Source of the DNA: Candidatus Poribacteria bacterium
GTDB taxonomy: Bacteria; Poribacteria; WGA-4E; WGA-3G
NCBI GenBank assembly: GCA_965242965.1
Contig: OZ251518.1
Coordinates: 5,216,001-5,280,000 of the forward strand
Reading direction: 5' to 3'
Length of the DNA: 64,000 nucleotides
The position numbers and the translations under genes are program-made. The notes under the pieces were generated by a model, which saw nothing but the letters and a program-made list of their open reading frames with translations, did no database searches and was not told the origin of the DNA. Below are positions 1 to 9,264 of this stretch, piece after piece (positions within the stretch are counted from its first letter, which is position 1; every line of letters begins with the position of its first letter).

Positions 1-187
1 ACTATAGGCGGGGCGCGCTTTACCCCTGTAGTGCGGGTGCGCCTGCACCCGCCCGGGTCAGGCCGCATCGAGACCGGGAGGTCTCGCCTACCGGCAATTC
101 TCCATTTTCCCCTGTCTCACGGAGCCCTGTCACCGCGATGTTGAGCGATTTATGAAACACCCTCACGTTTATTCTCGCCTTGGAAAC

Positions 188-532
188 TCAAAAGTCCTCA
201 AGTGCTTCTGCTTCGGAGGCAAAAACGCCGATGCTTTGCGATAACCCGATGGTATTGAAAATGTTACGCACCTGCTTCGACGGATGCGCAACGCGCAACA
301 CTTGTCCCCTGTCCCGTATCCTCCAAAGCAATTTGATTATCTCACCGAACCCACTGCTGGTGATAAAGCTGCGCCGCTCAAAGTTGAGCAGCAGTTTGTC
401 AGCACTCTGGACCGCCTCCTCAGCATACGCCTCCGTTAGCGTTGATTCAGATGCGTCCGTTAGGTAACCCGCAATGTCAAATATCGCGATGTCGCCCGCG
501 TGCCGGATAGAGATTTGCGAATTGGCTCTCAC
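188..532 (-). CDS. STAS-domain anti-sigma factor antagonist
   Basis: 114 aa; STAS motif 'LLLNFERRSFITSSGFGEII' with phosphorylatable Ser. Confidence 0.85.
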   Translation of the reverse strand: MRANSQISIRHAGDIAIFDIAGYLTDASESTLTEAYAEEAVQSADKLLLNFERRSFITSSGFGEIIKLLWRIRDRGQVLRVAHPSKQVRNIFNTIGLSQSIGVFASEAEALEDF

Positions 533-603
533 TTTTCCCTCCTCTAATTGTTAACGGCTCATGTGTTAGTTAAAATCACACGCCGCATTCTTCAATCCAA
601 AAA

Positions 604-1530
604 TCACTCGGATGGACGATGTTCCGGTTGCGCGCGGACAATGCTTCCACCTTCGAGATGGAGCCATGTATCAAATTCCCGCTCGCCTTCGTGGAGTTGA
701 ATCACACGTGCGCCGCGCGGAAAACCGTCCCTGCCGTAGGTGTTATAGCCGCTAGCCCTGCCGTAGCAGAGACGCATCCCGTGCAAATCACCCCAAAAGT
801 CGTTCACGTGGTCATGTCCAACAAAGGTGCCTACGACATCCCCTGCCTCATGCATCGCGGCGAAAAGCCCACTATTCCGTCTCGGCGCGCAAACGGCTTC
901 GTGCTTCTCACCGTAGCAGGTATGAAAATCCCAAACCTCATCGTATTCCGGAAGCGGAATATGGAAGAATGCGAGTGCAGGTAGCGGATGCCCCGCGGCA
1001 TCCGTGAATTTCGCCGACTCACGCAAATACCACGCAACCTGCGCCGATTTTATCCATCCGTATCCGCCGATTTCCTGTGGTGCATAGCTCCCCGAATCAA
1101 TAAAATAGAGCAGTGCCATCGGGGCACTCCCCCCGTTCCTGTGGAGAGGTAAAACGTAGTTGCCGACACCGGGAATTTCTTCGGGGCCTGCTTGTGCTAG
1201 CGAGTGCGCGCCTTCCTGCATCACTGCCATCAGTTCGTGCCGTGAAGCATCGCCTTCGTCGTCGTGGTTACCGAAAACCGCAGTCCACGGAATGTTCCAC
1301 TGCTCTACAATTCGGACAACCTCCCGCATCGATGCACACGCGTCCTGACATCCACCGCCGGCCAAAATATCGCCTGTCAACACAACCAAATCTGGTTGCA
1401 CGGCTGTTGCAATCTGCTCCATCAACGCCGCCGATTGCCTGTCTGCCGATTCGCCGTTATGCCAATGGATGTCGGTAAATTGCACGATTGTGAATTTTCC
1501 ATCTTCTTGAAACCGCAATGCTTTTTTCAC
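604..1530 (-). CDS. Calcineurin-like metallophosphoesterase (Dcr2-like)
   Basis: Motifs FTDIH, LTGD, FGNHD, FFHIP, GHDH. Confidence 0.9.
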   Translation of the reverse strand: MKKALRFQEDGKFTIVQFTDIHWHNGESADRQSAALMEQIATAVQPDLVVLTGDILAGGGCQDACASMREVVRIVEQWNIPWTAVFGNHDDEGDASRHELMAVMQEGAHSLAQAGPEEIPGVGNYVLPLHRNGGSAPMALLYFIDSGSYAPQEIGGYGWIKSAQVAWYLRESAKFTDAAGHPLPALAFFHIPLPEYDEVWDFHTCYGEKHEAVCAPRRNSGLFAAMHEAGDVVGTFVGHDHVNDFWGDLHGMRLCYGRASGYNTYGRDGFPRGARVIQLHEGEREFDTWLHLEGGSIVRAQPEHRPSE

Positions 1531-1634
1531 ATTTTATCTCCTTTCTTTTTTCTATCACTATACCATAATTCGCAAAAAAAGTAAGCAAAAAAAATGGCCT
1601 TGCATGCCGCAAGTTTTTGTGGTAAAATATATTT

Positions 1635-1917
1635 GAGGATGTTTCATAAGTCTGTTTCGGAATCTATCCCGCCTTGGGAGCGGGCGAATACCGGAAGGCA
1701 TCGGGCCTCCATCTGTAGTTCGGGATCGCCTGATCCCGAACGGGTCCAAAGTTCGCTGCCTCTAGTCAAGACCGTTCTGTTTCATCTGTAGTTCGGGATC
1801 GCCTGATCCCGAACGGGTCAGGATCAGGCGATCCTGACCTACAGGGGTGACGCGGTCTGCCAGCCAAACGCATGGCGAGGGAAACCCGCGACGTTGAGCG
1901 ATTTATGAAACACCGTC
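1635..1917. mobile_element. MITE-like element carrying REP modules
   Basis: TIRs GAGGATGTTTCATAA ... TTATGAAACACCGTC; flanks AATATATTT / AATATATCT. Confidence 0.7.
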
Positions 1918-1929
1918 AATATATCTACA

Positions 1930-2772
1930 ATGATGAATGGAAACGTTGACACGATGCAAAAAACCTGTTCCCCGAACACTTACGATACCCAAACCGCGAT
2001 TCTCTCAAACGAGGAAGTCGCGGAGGCACACTATCTTCTACGCTGCGAATGTCCCGAAATCGCGCAACACGCGCAGCCCGGGCAGTTTGTCCATGTGATG
2101 ATTTCGCCTGACACGGGGCTATTGCTCCGCCGGCCGTTTACTATCTACAAGGTGGAAGGGACGCAAATAACGATGCTCTATCAGATTATCGGTGAAGGGA
2201 CAAAGCGGTTGTCAGAGATGCCGATAGGCGCGTCCTTGCAAATCCTCGGTCCGCTCGGAACGCCGTTTGACATCGCGTCAAAAGCCGAACCTGCAATTCT
2301 CGTCGGTGGGGGTGCCGGTATCGCATCGCTGATGTTATTGGCGGTGGCGTTACGCGAACGCGGGATACCGACGCTCGGCTTAGTCGGCGCACAGCATCGC
2401 GCGCGGCTGTTGAGTGTCGCGGATTTAGAAGCCATCAGCATCGGGGTGCATATCGCCACGGATGACGGAAGCGTTGGGCATCACGGGTTTGTCACCGATA
2501 TCCTCCGCGAACTATTAGGCAAAACGGATTGGCAATATCCACAGATTTATGCGTGCGGTCCGCACGGGATGCTCGCCGCTGTTGCACGACTCGCCGCCGA
2601 TTTTGCGGTGCCGACGCAAGTCGCGATGGAAAATCGGATGGGCTGCGCGATGGGGGTGTGCCTTGGGTGTGTCTGTCCTGTTCGGGTTGAGGCAGAACGC
2701 GTTGAATATCAGCGCGTTTGCACCGAAGGCCCTGTTTTTAATGCAAGCGATATTGTGTGGGTCCTGTCGTAG
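1930..2772 (+). CDS. pyrK: Dihydroorotate dehydrogenase electron-transfer subunit (start may be 1954)
   Basis: PGQFV, RRPF, GGGAGIA, YACGP, MGCAMGVCLGC...RVCTEGPVF 2Fe-2S motif. Confidence 0.9.
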   Translation: MMNGNVDTMQKTCSPNTYDTQTAILSNEEVAEAHYLLRCECPEIAQHAQPGQFVHVMISPDTGLLLRRPFTIYKVEGTQITMLYQIIGEGTKRLSEMPIGASLQILGPLGTPFDIASKAEPAILVGGGAGIASLMLLAVALRERGIPTLGLVGAQHRARLLSVADLEAISIGVHIATDDGSVGHHGFVTDILRELLGKTDWQYPQIYACGPHGMLAAVARLAADFAVPTQVAMENRMGCAMGVCLGCVCPVRVEAERVEYQRVCTEGPVFNASDIVWVLS

Positions 2773-3145
2773 CGCGGGGGCCTGTCCCCCGCGATCGTTC
2801 GGTGGACCGCAGCATGGCGAGGGACAGGCCCTCGCCCTACGGTTGGGGAAGGGTTCGTGGCGAGCGATATTGTGTGGGAATCGTAGCGCGGGGGCCTGTC
2901 CCCCGCGATCGTTCGGTGGCCCGGAGCATGGCGAGGGACAGGCCCTCGCCCTACAGTTCCCGTTGCGATTTCTCCCCATCGTAGTGCGGGGGCCTGTCCC
3001 CCGCGAACGTTCGACCTGCGCGAGGATCGCGAGGGACAGGCCCTCGCGCTACGGTTTAGGAAAGGTTCTTCGTGGTTGCGTGAGGATCGCGAGGGACAGG
3101 CCCTCGCGCTACGGTCCCCGTTGCGATTTCTTCTCGCGCTACGGT
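2769..3145. repeat. Cluster of GTAG-type REP hairpin doublets
   Basis: Repeated GTAGCGCGGGGGCCTGTCCCCCGCG and inverted GGCGAGGGACAGGCCCTCGCCCTAC units. Confidence 0.9.
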
Positions 3146-3163
3146 ACCAAGAAAGCGGAAATA

Positions 3164-4255
3164 ATGGAACAAACTTTTTACCAAGAATTAACACAAACTA
3201 GCCTACAAGACAAACCGCTCTCGGATGCCGTGTGTCAGCAACTCTTAACCTCGGCAGAGGTGGAATTGTTGCCGCTGTTAGACGCGGCATATCAGGTGCG
3301 CAAGACCTATTTCCAAAACGAGGTGCAACTGCATATCCTCAATAACGCGCAGAACGGCCATTGTCCAGAGGATTGCCGCTATTGTGCGCAGGCGCGCACG
3401 ACGACGGCAGAGATTGACACCTATTCCTTGAAACCGGATGCCGAGATTCTGGAGGAAGCGCGCGCCGCGTATGAATCAGGCGCGTATCGCTACTGCATCG
3501 TGATGAGCGGCCGCGGGCCTACCCCAAAACGGGTGCAGCACCTGGCGCAACTTATCCACACCGTGAAAACCGAATATCCGATTGAGGTGTGCCTCTCTGT
3601 CGGGTTGCTCGATGCCGATGCTGCGCGCACTCTGAAAGCCGCGGGCTTAGACAGACTCAACCACAACCTGAACACCTCCGAAGCGCACTATCCTAAAATC
3701 TGTAGCACGCATACTTATCAGGATAGGATGGAGACGTTGCATGCGGCACAAACGGCGGGGCTCGCCTGTTGTTCGGGAGTCATCGTCGGGATGGGGGAAG
3801 AAAACGCGGATTTGATTCAGGTGGCGAAAACGCTGCGGCGGCTGGAGGTGGAATCAATTCCTGTCAATTTTTTCCTACCGATCGCTGGCACGCAGATTGC
3901 GGAACCTTCTGTGTTGACACCCGATTACTGTCTGCGCGTGCTGTGTCTCTATCGGTTCCTAAATCCGCGCGCTGAGATTCGCATTGCGGCGGGCAGGGAG
4001 CATCACCTTCGGAGTTTGGAGGCGATGGCACTCTATCCTGCGAATTCGCTATTTCTGGAGGGGTATCTGAATGCGGCGGGTGCGGCGGCCTCGCGCACGC
4101 TGCAGATGATTCGGGATGCAGGGTTTACGGTGAAAATGAACGGAGAGGTTGCGGAGGGAATGACTTCTCCTGCAGGTGCGGCATCCGCGCCGAGTCATGT
4201 GGTGATTAAGGAATTGGAGGTGCTTCGGCCGCGGATGGCATCGGGGGATTCATAA
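3164..4255 (+). CDS. bioB: Biotin synthase (true start 3164; ORF-track extension is repeat-derived)
   Basis: CPEDCRYCAQ radical SAM motif, NHNLNTS, CSGVIVGMGE, SIPVNF, IRIAAGRE. Confidence 0.93.
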   Translation: MEQTFYQELTQTSLQDKPLSDAVCQQLLTSAEVELLPLLDAAYQVRKTYFQNEVQLHILNNAQNGHCPEDCRYCAQARTTTAEIDTYSLKPDAEILEEARAAYESGAYRYCIVMSGRGPTPKRVQHLAQLIHTVKTEYPIEVCLSVGLLDADAARTLKAAGLDRLNHNLNTSEAHYPKICSTHTYQDRMETLHAAQTAGLACCSGVIVGMGEENADLIQVAKTLRRLEVESIPVNFFLPIAGTQIAEPSVLTPDYCLRVLCLYRFLNPRAEIRIAAGREHHLRSLEAMALYPANSLFLEGYLNAAGAAASRTLQMIRDAGFTVKMNGEVAEGMTSPAGAASAPSHVVIKELEVLRPRMASGDS

Positions 4256-4279
4256 CAAGACTTGCGGAGAATCTTTCGG

Positions 4280-4866
4280 ATAGGAGAGACCTCCCGGTCT
4301 CGATGCATCCCCGTAGGAGAGACCTCCTGGTCTCGATGTGCCCGTAGCGCGGGGGCCCTCGGATGCCATCGTGAAGTTATGTTTTTAGGTCCTTTAGGTC
4401 CTACATGTCTATAGCAGCCCGTGTCGTTACGTTGTCAAGGTCCTTTAGGTCCTTAATAAAAAAACACGCCGCATGTCAAAACCTATTAAGGACCTAAAGG
4501 ACCTTAGGATTCTTCGCAATCACGCGTGCTATAGACATTAAGGTCTTACAGACCTTAGGCATGGCGAGGGACAGGCCCTCGCCCTACGGTGAGGGGGCGT
4601 TTTTTTTCGTAGCGCGGGGGCCTGTCCCCCGCGATCGTTGGATTCCGCGTGCACGCACGATGGCGAGGGGAACCCGCTCGCATGCGCGTATGGCATGCGA
4701 GGGCCCTCGCCCTACGATGAAGGGGGGATTTCTGCCGCCCTATTGCATCGAGACCGGGAGGTCTATCCTACGGGGAAGCCATCGAGACCGGGAGGTCTCT
4801 CCTACCGGGACATCGCTCGTATCAAGACCGGGAGGGCGCGCCGACACGGATTTATGAAACCCCCTC
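4280..4866. repeat. Composite REP cluster with CTATAG/AGGTCC palindromic module and right TIR
   Basis: GTAG REPs, ~170-bp AGGTCC-TTTA-GGACCT palindrome, ends TTATGAAACCCCCTC. Confidence 0.85.
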
Positions 4867-4868
4867 AC

Positions 4869-5498
4869 TTAATTCTCTCCCTCTTCTTCCTCTTCATCAT
4901 CCACAAGTTCAACGTTCCATTTTATGAACACATGAGCGGGATTTTGTCCTGCCGCTTCTGCGGCTTCCTTTTCCCCTTGCCAGAACTCCAACCGGGTTTC
5001 ATGGTATTTCGCCATGTCTTTATAGGCGTTGCGAACGTTTTCCTTCTCAGCTTCATCCAGCCGAAATACGAACCGCTCGTGCTTTGCCACATCTCTTGCC
5101 ATCTCAAACTCAAGCTCATTCAGGTGTATCATCTCCGAGATAGAGGCGTTCCCCGCGCCATCCAGACGAAACATCAACAGTGCCCACTCCTCAGAACGGT
5201 GATGCGCAGACCAGACAATAATGGCGGATTTTTTGAGTTCGTCAAAGGCAGCGTTTGGATTCTTATCCTTCAGTTGCACATACGCTTTGAGATGCTCAAA
5301 AGACCTCCTGCCCCGGTTCTCTAACGTCATGCCTGCGATCTGGTCTTCGTGATACGTCCCCCGAATTTGCCTTTCGGGTGGCACGAGTTCATCGTATGGC
5401 ACACTGGGAGAAACAACGTTGGGCTGTTCGTTTTCAGCGCATCCCAGCGCGAGCAGAATGATGCCGCACAGAAGAATGAAACCAAGTTTACTTCGCAT
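4869..5498 (-). CDS. Hypothetical lipoprotein (paralog A)
   Basis: Lipobox LALGC; similar to adjacent gene. Confidence 0.75.
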   Translation of the reverse strand: MRSKLGFILLCGIILLALGCAENEQPNVVSPSVPYDELVPPERQIRGTYHEDQIAGMTLENRGRRSFEHLKAYVQLKDKNPNAAFDELKKSAIIVWSAHHRSEEWALLMFRLDGAGNASISEMIHLNELEFEMARDVAKHERFVFRLDEAEKENVRNAYKDMAKYHETRLEFWQGEKEAAEAAGQNPAHVFIKWNVELVDDEEEEEGEN

Positions 5499-6038
5499 TT
5501 AATCCTCCACAACTTCGATGCTGTATTTCGTGAAAACCTTATCCGGGTCTTGTCCGAGTGCCACCGCGGCTTTCTTTTCCGCTTCCAAGATGCCCAGCTG
5601 GCCTTCCAAATATATCACATATTCTTTATAGGGGCTGCGATCTGCCGCCATCTCAACTTCCAACTCCAACAGATGAATCCTCTCCGAGATAGAGGCTTTT
5701 CCCGCGATATCCAGACGAAACATCAGCCTCGCCCATTCCTCATAATGGGGATGCCCCCACCAAGAAAGATAGGCGGCTTTTTCAAGTTCGGCATAGGCAG
5801 CGTTTGGACTCCGCGCTTTCAGTTGCAAATATGTTTTGAGATGCTCAATAACCTGCCGGCCACGTTCCTCTTCTGTCATGTTTTCCAGCATGTCTGCCAG
5901 ACGCGTCTCTGTCGTGAGGACCTCGTCGTCTTGCACATCGGGAGAAATTGGAGAAACGATGGAAACCGGCTGTTCCGTATCAGCACATCCAAGCGCGAGC
6001 AGGACGATGCCGCAGAGAATAAAGAGAGAACATTTCAT
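5499..6038 (-). CDS. Hypothetical lipoprotein (paralog B)
   Basis: Lipobox LALGC; shares EHLKxYxQLK, EEWAxLMFRLD with neighbour; start at MKCSLF. Confidence 0.75.
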   Translation of the reverse strand: MKCSLFILCGIVLLALGCADTEQPVSIVSPISPDVQDDEVLTTETRLADMLENMTEEERGRQVIEHLKTYLQLKARSPNAAYAELEKAAYLSWWGHPHYEEWARLMFRLDIAGKASISERIHLLELEVEMAADRSPYKEYVIYLEGQLGILEAEKKAAVALGQDPDKVFTKYSIEVVED

Positions 6039-6108
6039 TTGAAAAGAACCTCGCAGGTAAGCGCGGTTGAGAGAACACATCACGGCATGTGCTTTCAACC
6101 GATTAAAT

Positions 6109-6608
6109 GAGGATGTTTCATAACTCCGTTTTGATATTTATCCCGAGGGTGTTTCATAACTCAAGAAACCGTCCGGTTACCGTAGCGCGGGGGCCTGTCC
6201 CCCGCGAGCGTCCCGTAGGAGAGACCGCCCGGTCTCGATGCAACACTCTAACCCTTATTAAGGGCCTACGGACCTTGATACGGTGAAGCACGTTTTTCTA
6301 TAGACATTTTAGTCCTACGGACCTAAAAGAGGTTTTTGATAGACCTCAGCATGGCGAGGGACAGGCCCTCGCCCTACGGTGAAAGGAGGCCGTTCTGCGG
6401 CTAAGTAGTTTGTGATCGCCTGATCACAAACGGGTCAAGATCGGGCGATCTTGACCTATAGGGCCTGGGGCGCGCGAATGATGGCGAGGGGAACCCTCTC
6501 GCATGCGCGGATGGCATGCGAGGGCCCAAGCCCTACGGTGAAGTGCCGTTTTTTTCCCGTATCGCGGGGCCTGATAGCGCGACGTTGAGCCATTTATGAA
6601 ACACCCTC
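6109..6608. mobile_element. MITE-like composite REP element with a second nested left end at 6145
   Basis: GAGGATGTTTCATAA and GAGGGTGTTTCATAA left ends; TTATGAAACACCCTC right end; flanks ATTAAAT / ATTAAAA. Confidence 0.7.
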
Positions 6609-6733
6609 ATTAAAACAGAGATTAAAAGCAGTTAGGGCGAAAACATAAGATAGGACAGGAATTCAGGAGGCGTTTCCCCCCCCCCGATGTAAAGACGGAT
6701 GGAGGATTCCGACTTTACATGGAGGCCGTAAGA

Positions 6734-6807
<74 letters not shown>

Positions 6808-6819
6808 GCAAGATCAGAG

Positions 6820-6905
6820 TGGTCGAGGAGGGACTTGAACCCTCACGCCTTTTTATGGGCGATGGATTTTAAGTCCATTGTGTCTACCGATTCCACCACT
6901 CGACC
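6820..6905 (-). tRNA. tRNA-Leu (TAA)
   Basis: Reverse complement GGTCGAGTGGTGGAATCGGTAGACAC...GACTTAAAATCC... long variable arm, GGTTCAAGTCC. Confidence 0.95.
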
Positions 6906-6916
6906 TGGTGCTATAT

Positions 6917-6945
6917 ATTATACCCTATTTTATCGCGTTTGTCAA
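6917..6945 (-). promoter_or_regulatory. Sigma70-type promoter for the tRNA pair
   Basis: TTGACA-17 bp-TATAAT perfect consensus on minus strand. Confidence 0.85.
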
Positions 6946-7196
6946 GTTTTTATTCAAAAAAATTGCTTTTTAACGCGAAAAATGTGGGAATTCACGCAAT
7001 TTTAATGCATTTTAACGTTAATTTCTTAAAAAGTCAAACAAAAATTTCTTTTTTCTTGACTTTTTCCGCGATTGCCTGTATCCTATTCTCAAAAAAGGAG
7101 CACATCTACGGTAAAAAATCGAGACCGGCACGGTAAGAAATCAAGACCGGGAGGTCTCTCCTACCGTATCCTATCCTCAAAAAAGGAGCATATCTC

Positions 7197-7961
7197 ATGA
7201 AAAACGTCCCACTGGCATCCGGGCACGAAATGCCGATGCTCGGCTTAGGCACTTGGCAATTAAAAGGGAGGCAGTGCGAACAGATTGTCAAGGAGGCACT
7301 CGCGCTAGGGTATACGCATATTGACACGGCGTGGATGTATCAAAACCAGCGCGCCATCGGAAACGCGCTCCGTAATAGCCGCGTCCAACGCGACAAACTC
7401 TTTATCACCACCAAAATTTGGAACACGCATCTGCGGTATGTCGATGTCCTCTCGCAATTTGATGAATGTTTGGACGACTTGCAGATGGACTACGTAGACA
7501 TGCTGCTCATTCATTGGCCCAACGAAGAGGTCGAGTTTTCGGAGACGTTTGCGGCGTTCCAAAAACTTCACGAAGCGGGCAAAGTGAAGAGCATCGGTGT
7601 CAGCAATTTCAGCATCGCGCAGGTGGAGGAAGCATGCGCAGTCTCCGCGTTACCGATTTGCACGAATCAGGTGGAATATCATGTCCGCCGCAACCGGCAC
7701 GAGTTGCTCCGCAATTGCCACAACCTCGGGCTCGTCATCACGGCGCATCGGCCCATAGGCCGCGGCGAGCTCGTCAAGGACAAGGTGTTACAGCAGATTG
7801 GTGAAAAGCACGGGAAGACAGCGGCGCAGGTGGCACTCCGATGGCTCATCGAACAGAAAATCGTCGCCATTCCGAAATCTGGTTCAGTGCCGCATCTGCG
7901 CGAAAATCTCGATGTGTTCGGATGGATATTAACCCACGCAGATATGGAAGCACTCGCATGA
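7197..7961 (+). CDS. Aldo/keto reductase
   Basis: LGLGTW, IDTAWMY, LLIHWP, IGVSNF, IPKS motifs. Confidence 0.93.
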   Translation: MKNVPLASGHEMPMLGLGTWQLKGRQCEQIVKEALALGYTHIDTAWMYQNQRAIGNALRNSRVQRDKLFITTKIWNTHLRYVDVLSQFDECLDDLQMDYVDMLLIHWPNEEVEFSETFAAFQKLHEAGKVKSIGVSNFSIAQVEEACAVSALPICTNQVEYHVRRNRHELLRNCHNLGLVITAHRPIGRGELVKDKVLQQIGEKHGKTAAQVALRWLIEQKIVAIPKSGSVPHLRENLDVFGWILTHADMEALA

Positions 7962-9244
7962 AATTCGGGCTATTTTACGAACATCAGATTCCACGTCCGT
8001 GGCACGAAGGCGCGGAACATAAACTCTTCCAAGACGCGCTCGCGCAGGTAGAATTAGCGGACACATTGGGGTTTGACTATATCTGGGAGGTGGAGCACCA
8101 CTTCCTAGAGGAGTATTCGCATTCTTCTGCGCCGGAAGTATTCCTCGCGGCGTGTAGTCAACGGACAGAACAGATTCGGTTGGGGCACGGGATTGTGCTG
8201 ATGCCGCCGGCATATAACCATCCCGCGCGCGTCGCCGAACGGATTGCGACGCTGGATCTGGTATCAAACGGGCGCGTGGAATGGGGCACCGGCGAATCTG
8301 CCTCGCATATTGAACTCGGCGGGTTTAACGTCAATCCGAACTTGAAACGGGAGATGTGGGCGGAATGCACGCGCGAGACGGCGAAGATGATGGTGCAATC
8401 GCCTTATGCCGGGTATGAAGGCGTGCATTTCTCGATGCCTGCGCGCAATGTCGTGCCGAAACCGTTGCAAACGCCGCATCCACCGCCGTGGGTTGCCTGC
8501 TCCAGCCGCGATAGCCTCCGATACGCCGCGCGATACGGCCTCGGCGCGCTCACCTTCGCCTTCATCAGTGCCGAAGAAGCGAAATTCTGGGTGGAAGAGT
8601 ATTATGAAATCTTTGAGAAGGAGTGCGTGCCCCTCGCGCAAAGGGTGAACCCGAACATCGCTATGGTGTCCGGCTTCTCGTGCCACGACGATGAGGCGAC
8701 TGCCATCGCCCGCGGCTTAGATGGACTGCGTTTTTTCCGATTTGCTCTCGCGCATTACTATCACAACGGTTCGCAGGTGCCGGGTGAAACGGATATCTGG
8801 CAGCTGTATCGTGAGGCACAGCAGGAACCGGGTGAAGGACGCGCCGGCATCGGAACGCCAGAACAGGTGCGTGAACATTTAGCGGTAATGGAGAACGCAG
8901 GCGTAGATCAGGTGGTTTTCATTCAGCAGGCAGGCGCGAATCGGCATGAGGACATCTGCGAGTCGCTGGAGTTGTTCGCTGAACGCGTTTTACCGGATTT
9001 CAAGGCGCGCGATGCGGCGCAGGTTGCAGAGAAAGAGGCGCGGCTTGCATCGGCAATTGCGCGGGCAGAAGCGCGTAAACCTGCTTTGGCATCTCTCAGC
9101 GACGTGCCGGTTGTCGATGCCTATCCTGTCCTCCGCAAAAAGCAAGAGGCACAGACAGCGGAAGCCGCCAAACCCGATGCGATGAGCGAGGATGGGAAGA
9201 ACTTTCTGATTTCCATAGAGGGTGGCAAACGCCGCGAAGCGTAA
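7958..9244 (+). CDS. LLM-class flavin-dependent oxidoreductase (luciferase-like)
   Basis: MKFGLFYE, WEVEHHF, HPARVAERIATLDLVSNGR; ATGA overlap with upstream gene. Confidence 0.9.
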   Translation: MKFGLFYEHQIPRPWHEGAEHKLFQDALAQVELADTLGFDYIWEVEHHFLEEYSHSSAPEVFLAACSQRTEQIRLGHGIVLMPPAYNHPARVAERIATLDLVSNGRVEWGTGESASHIELGGFNVNPNLKREMWAECTRETAKMMVQSPYAGYEGVHFSMPARNVVPKPLQTPHPPPWVACSSRDSLRYAARYGLGALTFAFISAEEAKFWVEEYYEIFEKECVPLAQRVNPNIAMVSGFSCHDDEATAIARGLDGLRFFRFALAHYYHNGSQVPGETDIWQLYREAQQEPGEGRAGIGTPEQVREHLAVMENAGVDQVVFIQQAGANRHEDICESLELFAERVLPDFKARDAAQVAEKEARLASAIARAEARKPALASLSDVPVVDAYPVLRKKQEAQTAEAAKPDAMSEDGKNFLISIEGGKRREA

Positions 9245-9264
9245 TCATTTGACGGAGAAAAATC

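Noticed and set aside
2549-3163. Long N-terminal extension of BioB (likewise 10931 GDPD, 24321 PIG-L and 59475 DHDPS-like extensions)
   Set aside because: Read-through of REP/MITE sequence; real starts are downstream
4561-4857. Many short ORFs with 'ARDRPSPYG / VARGPVPR / RSAGACPPR' peptides throughout the window
   Set aside because: Translations of REP repeats, not credible proteins
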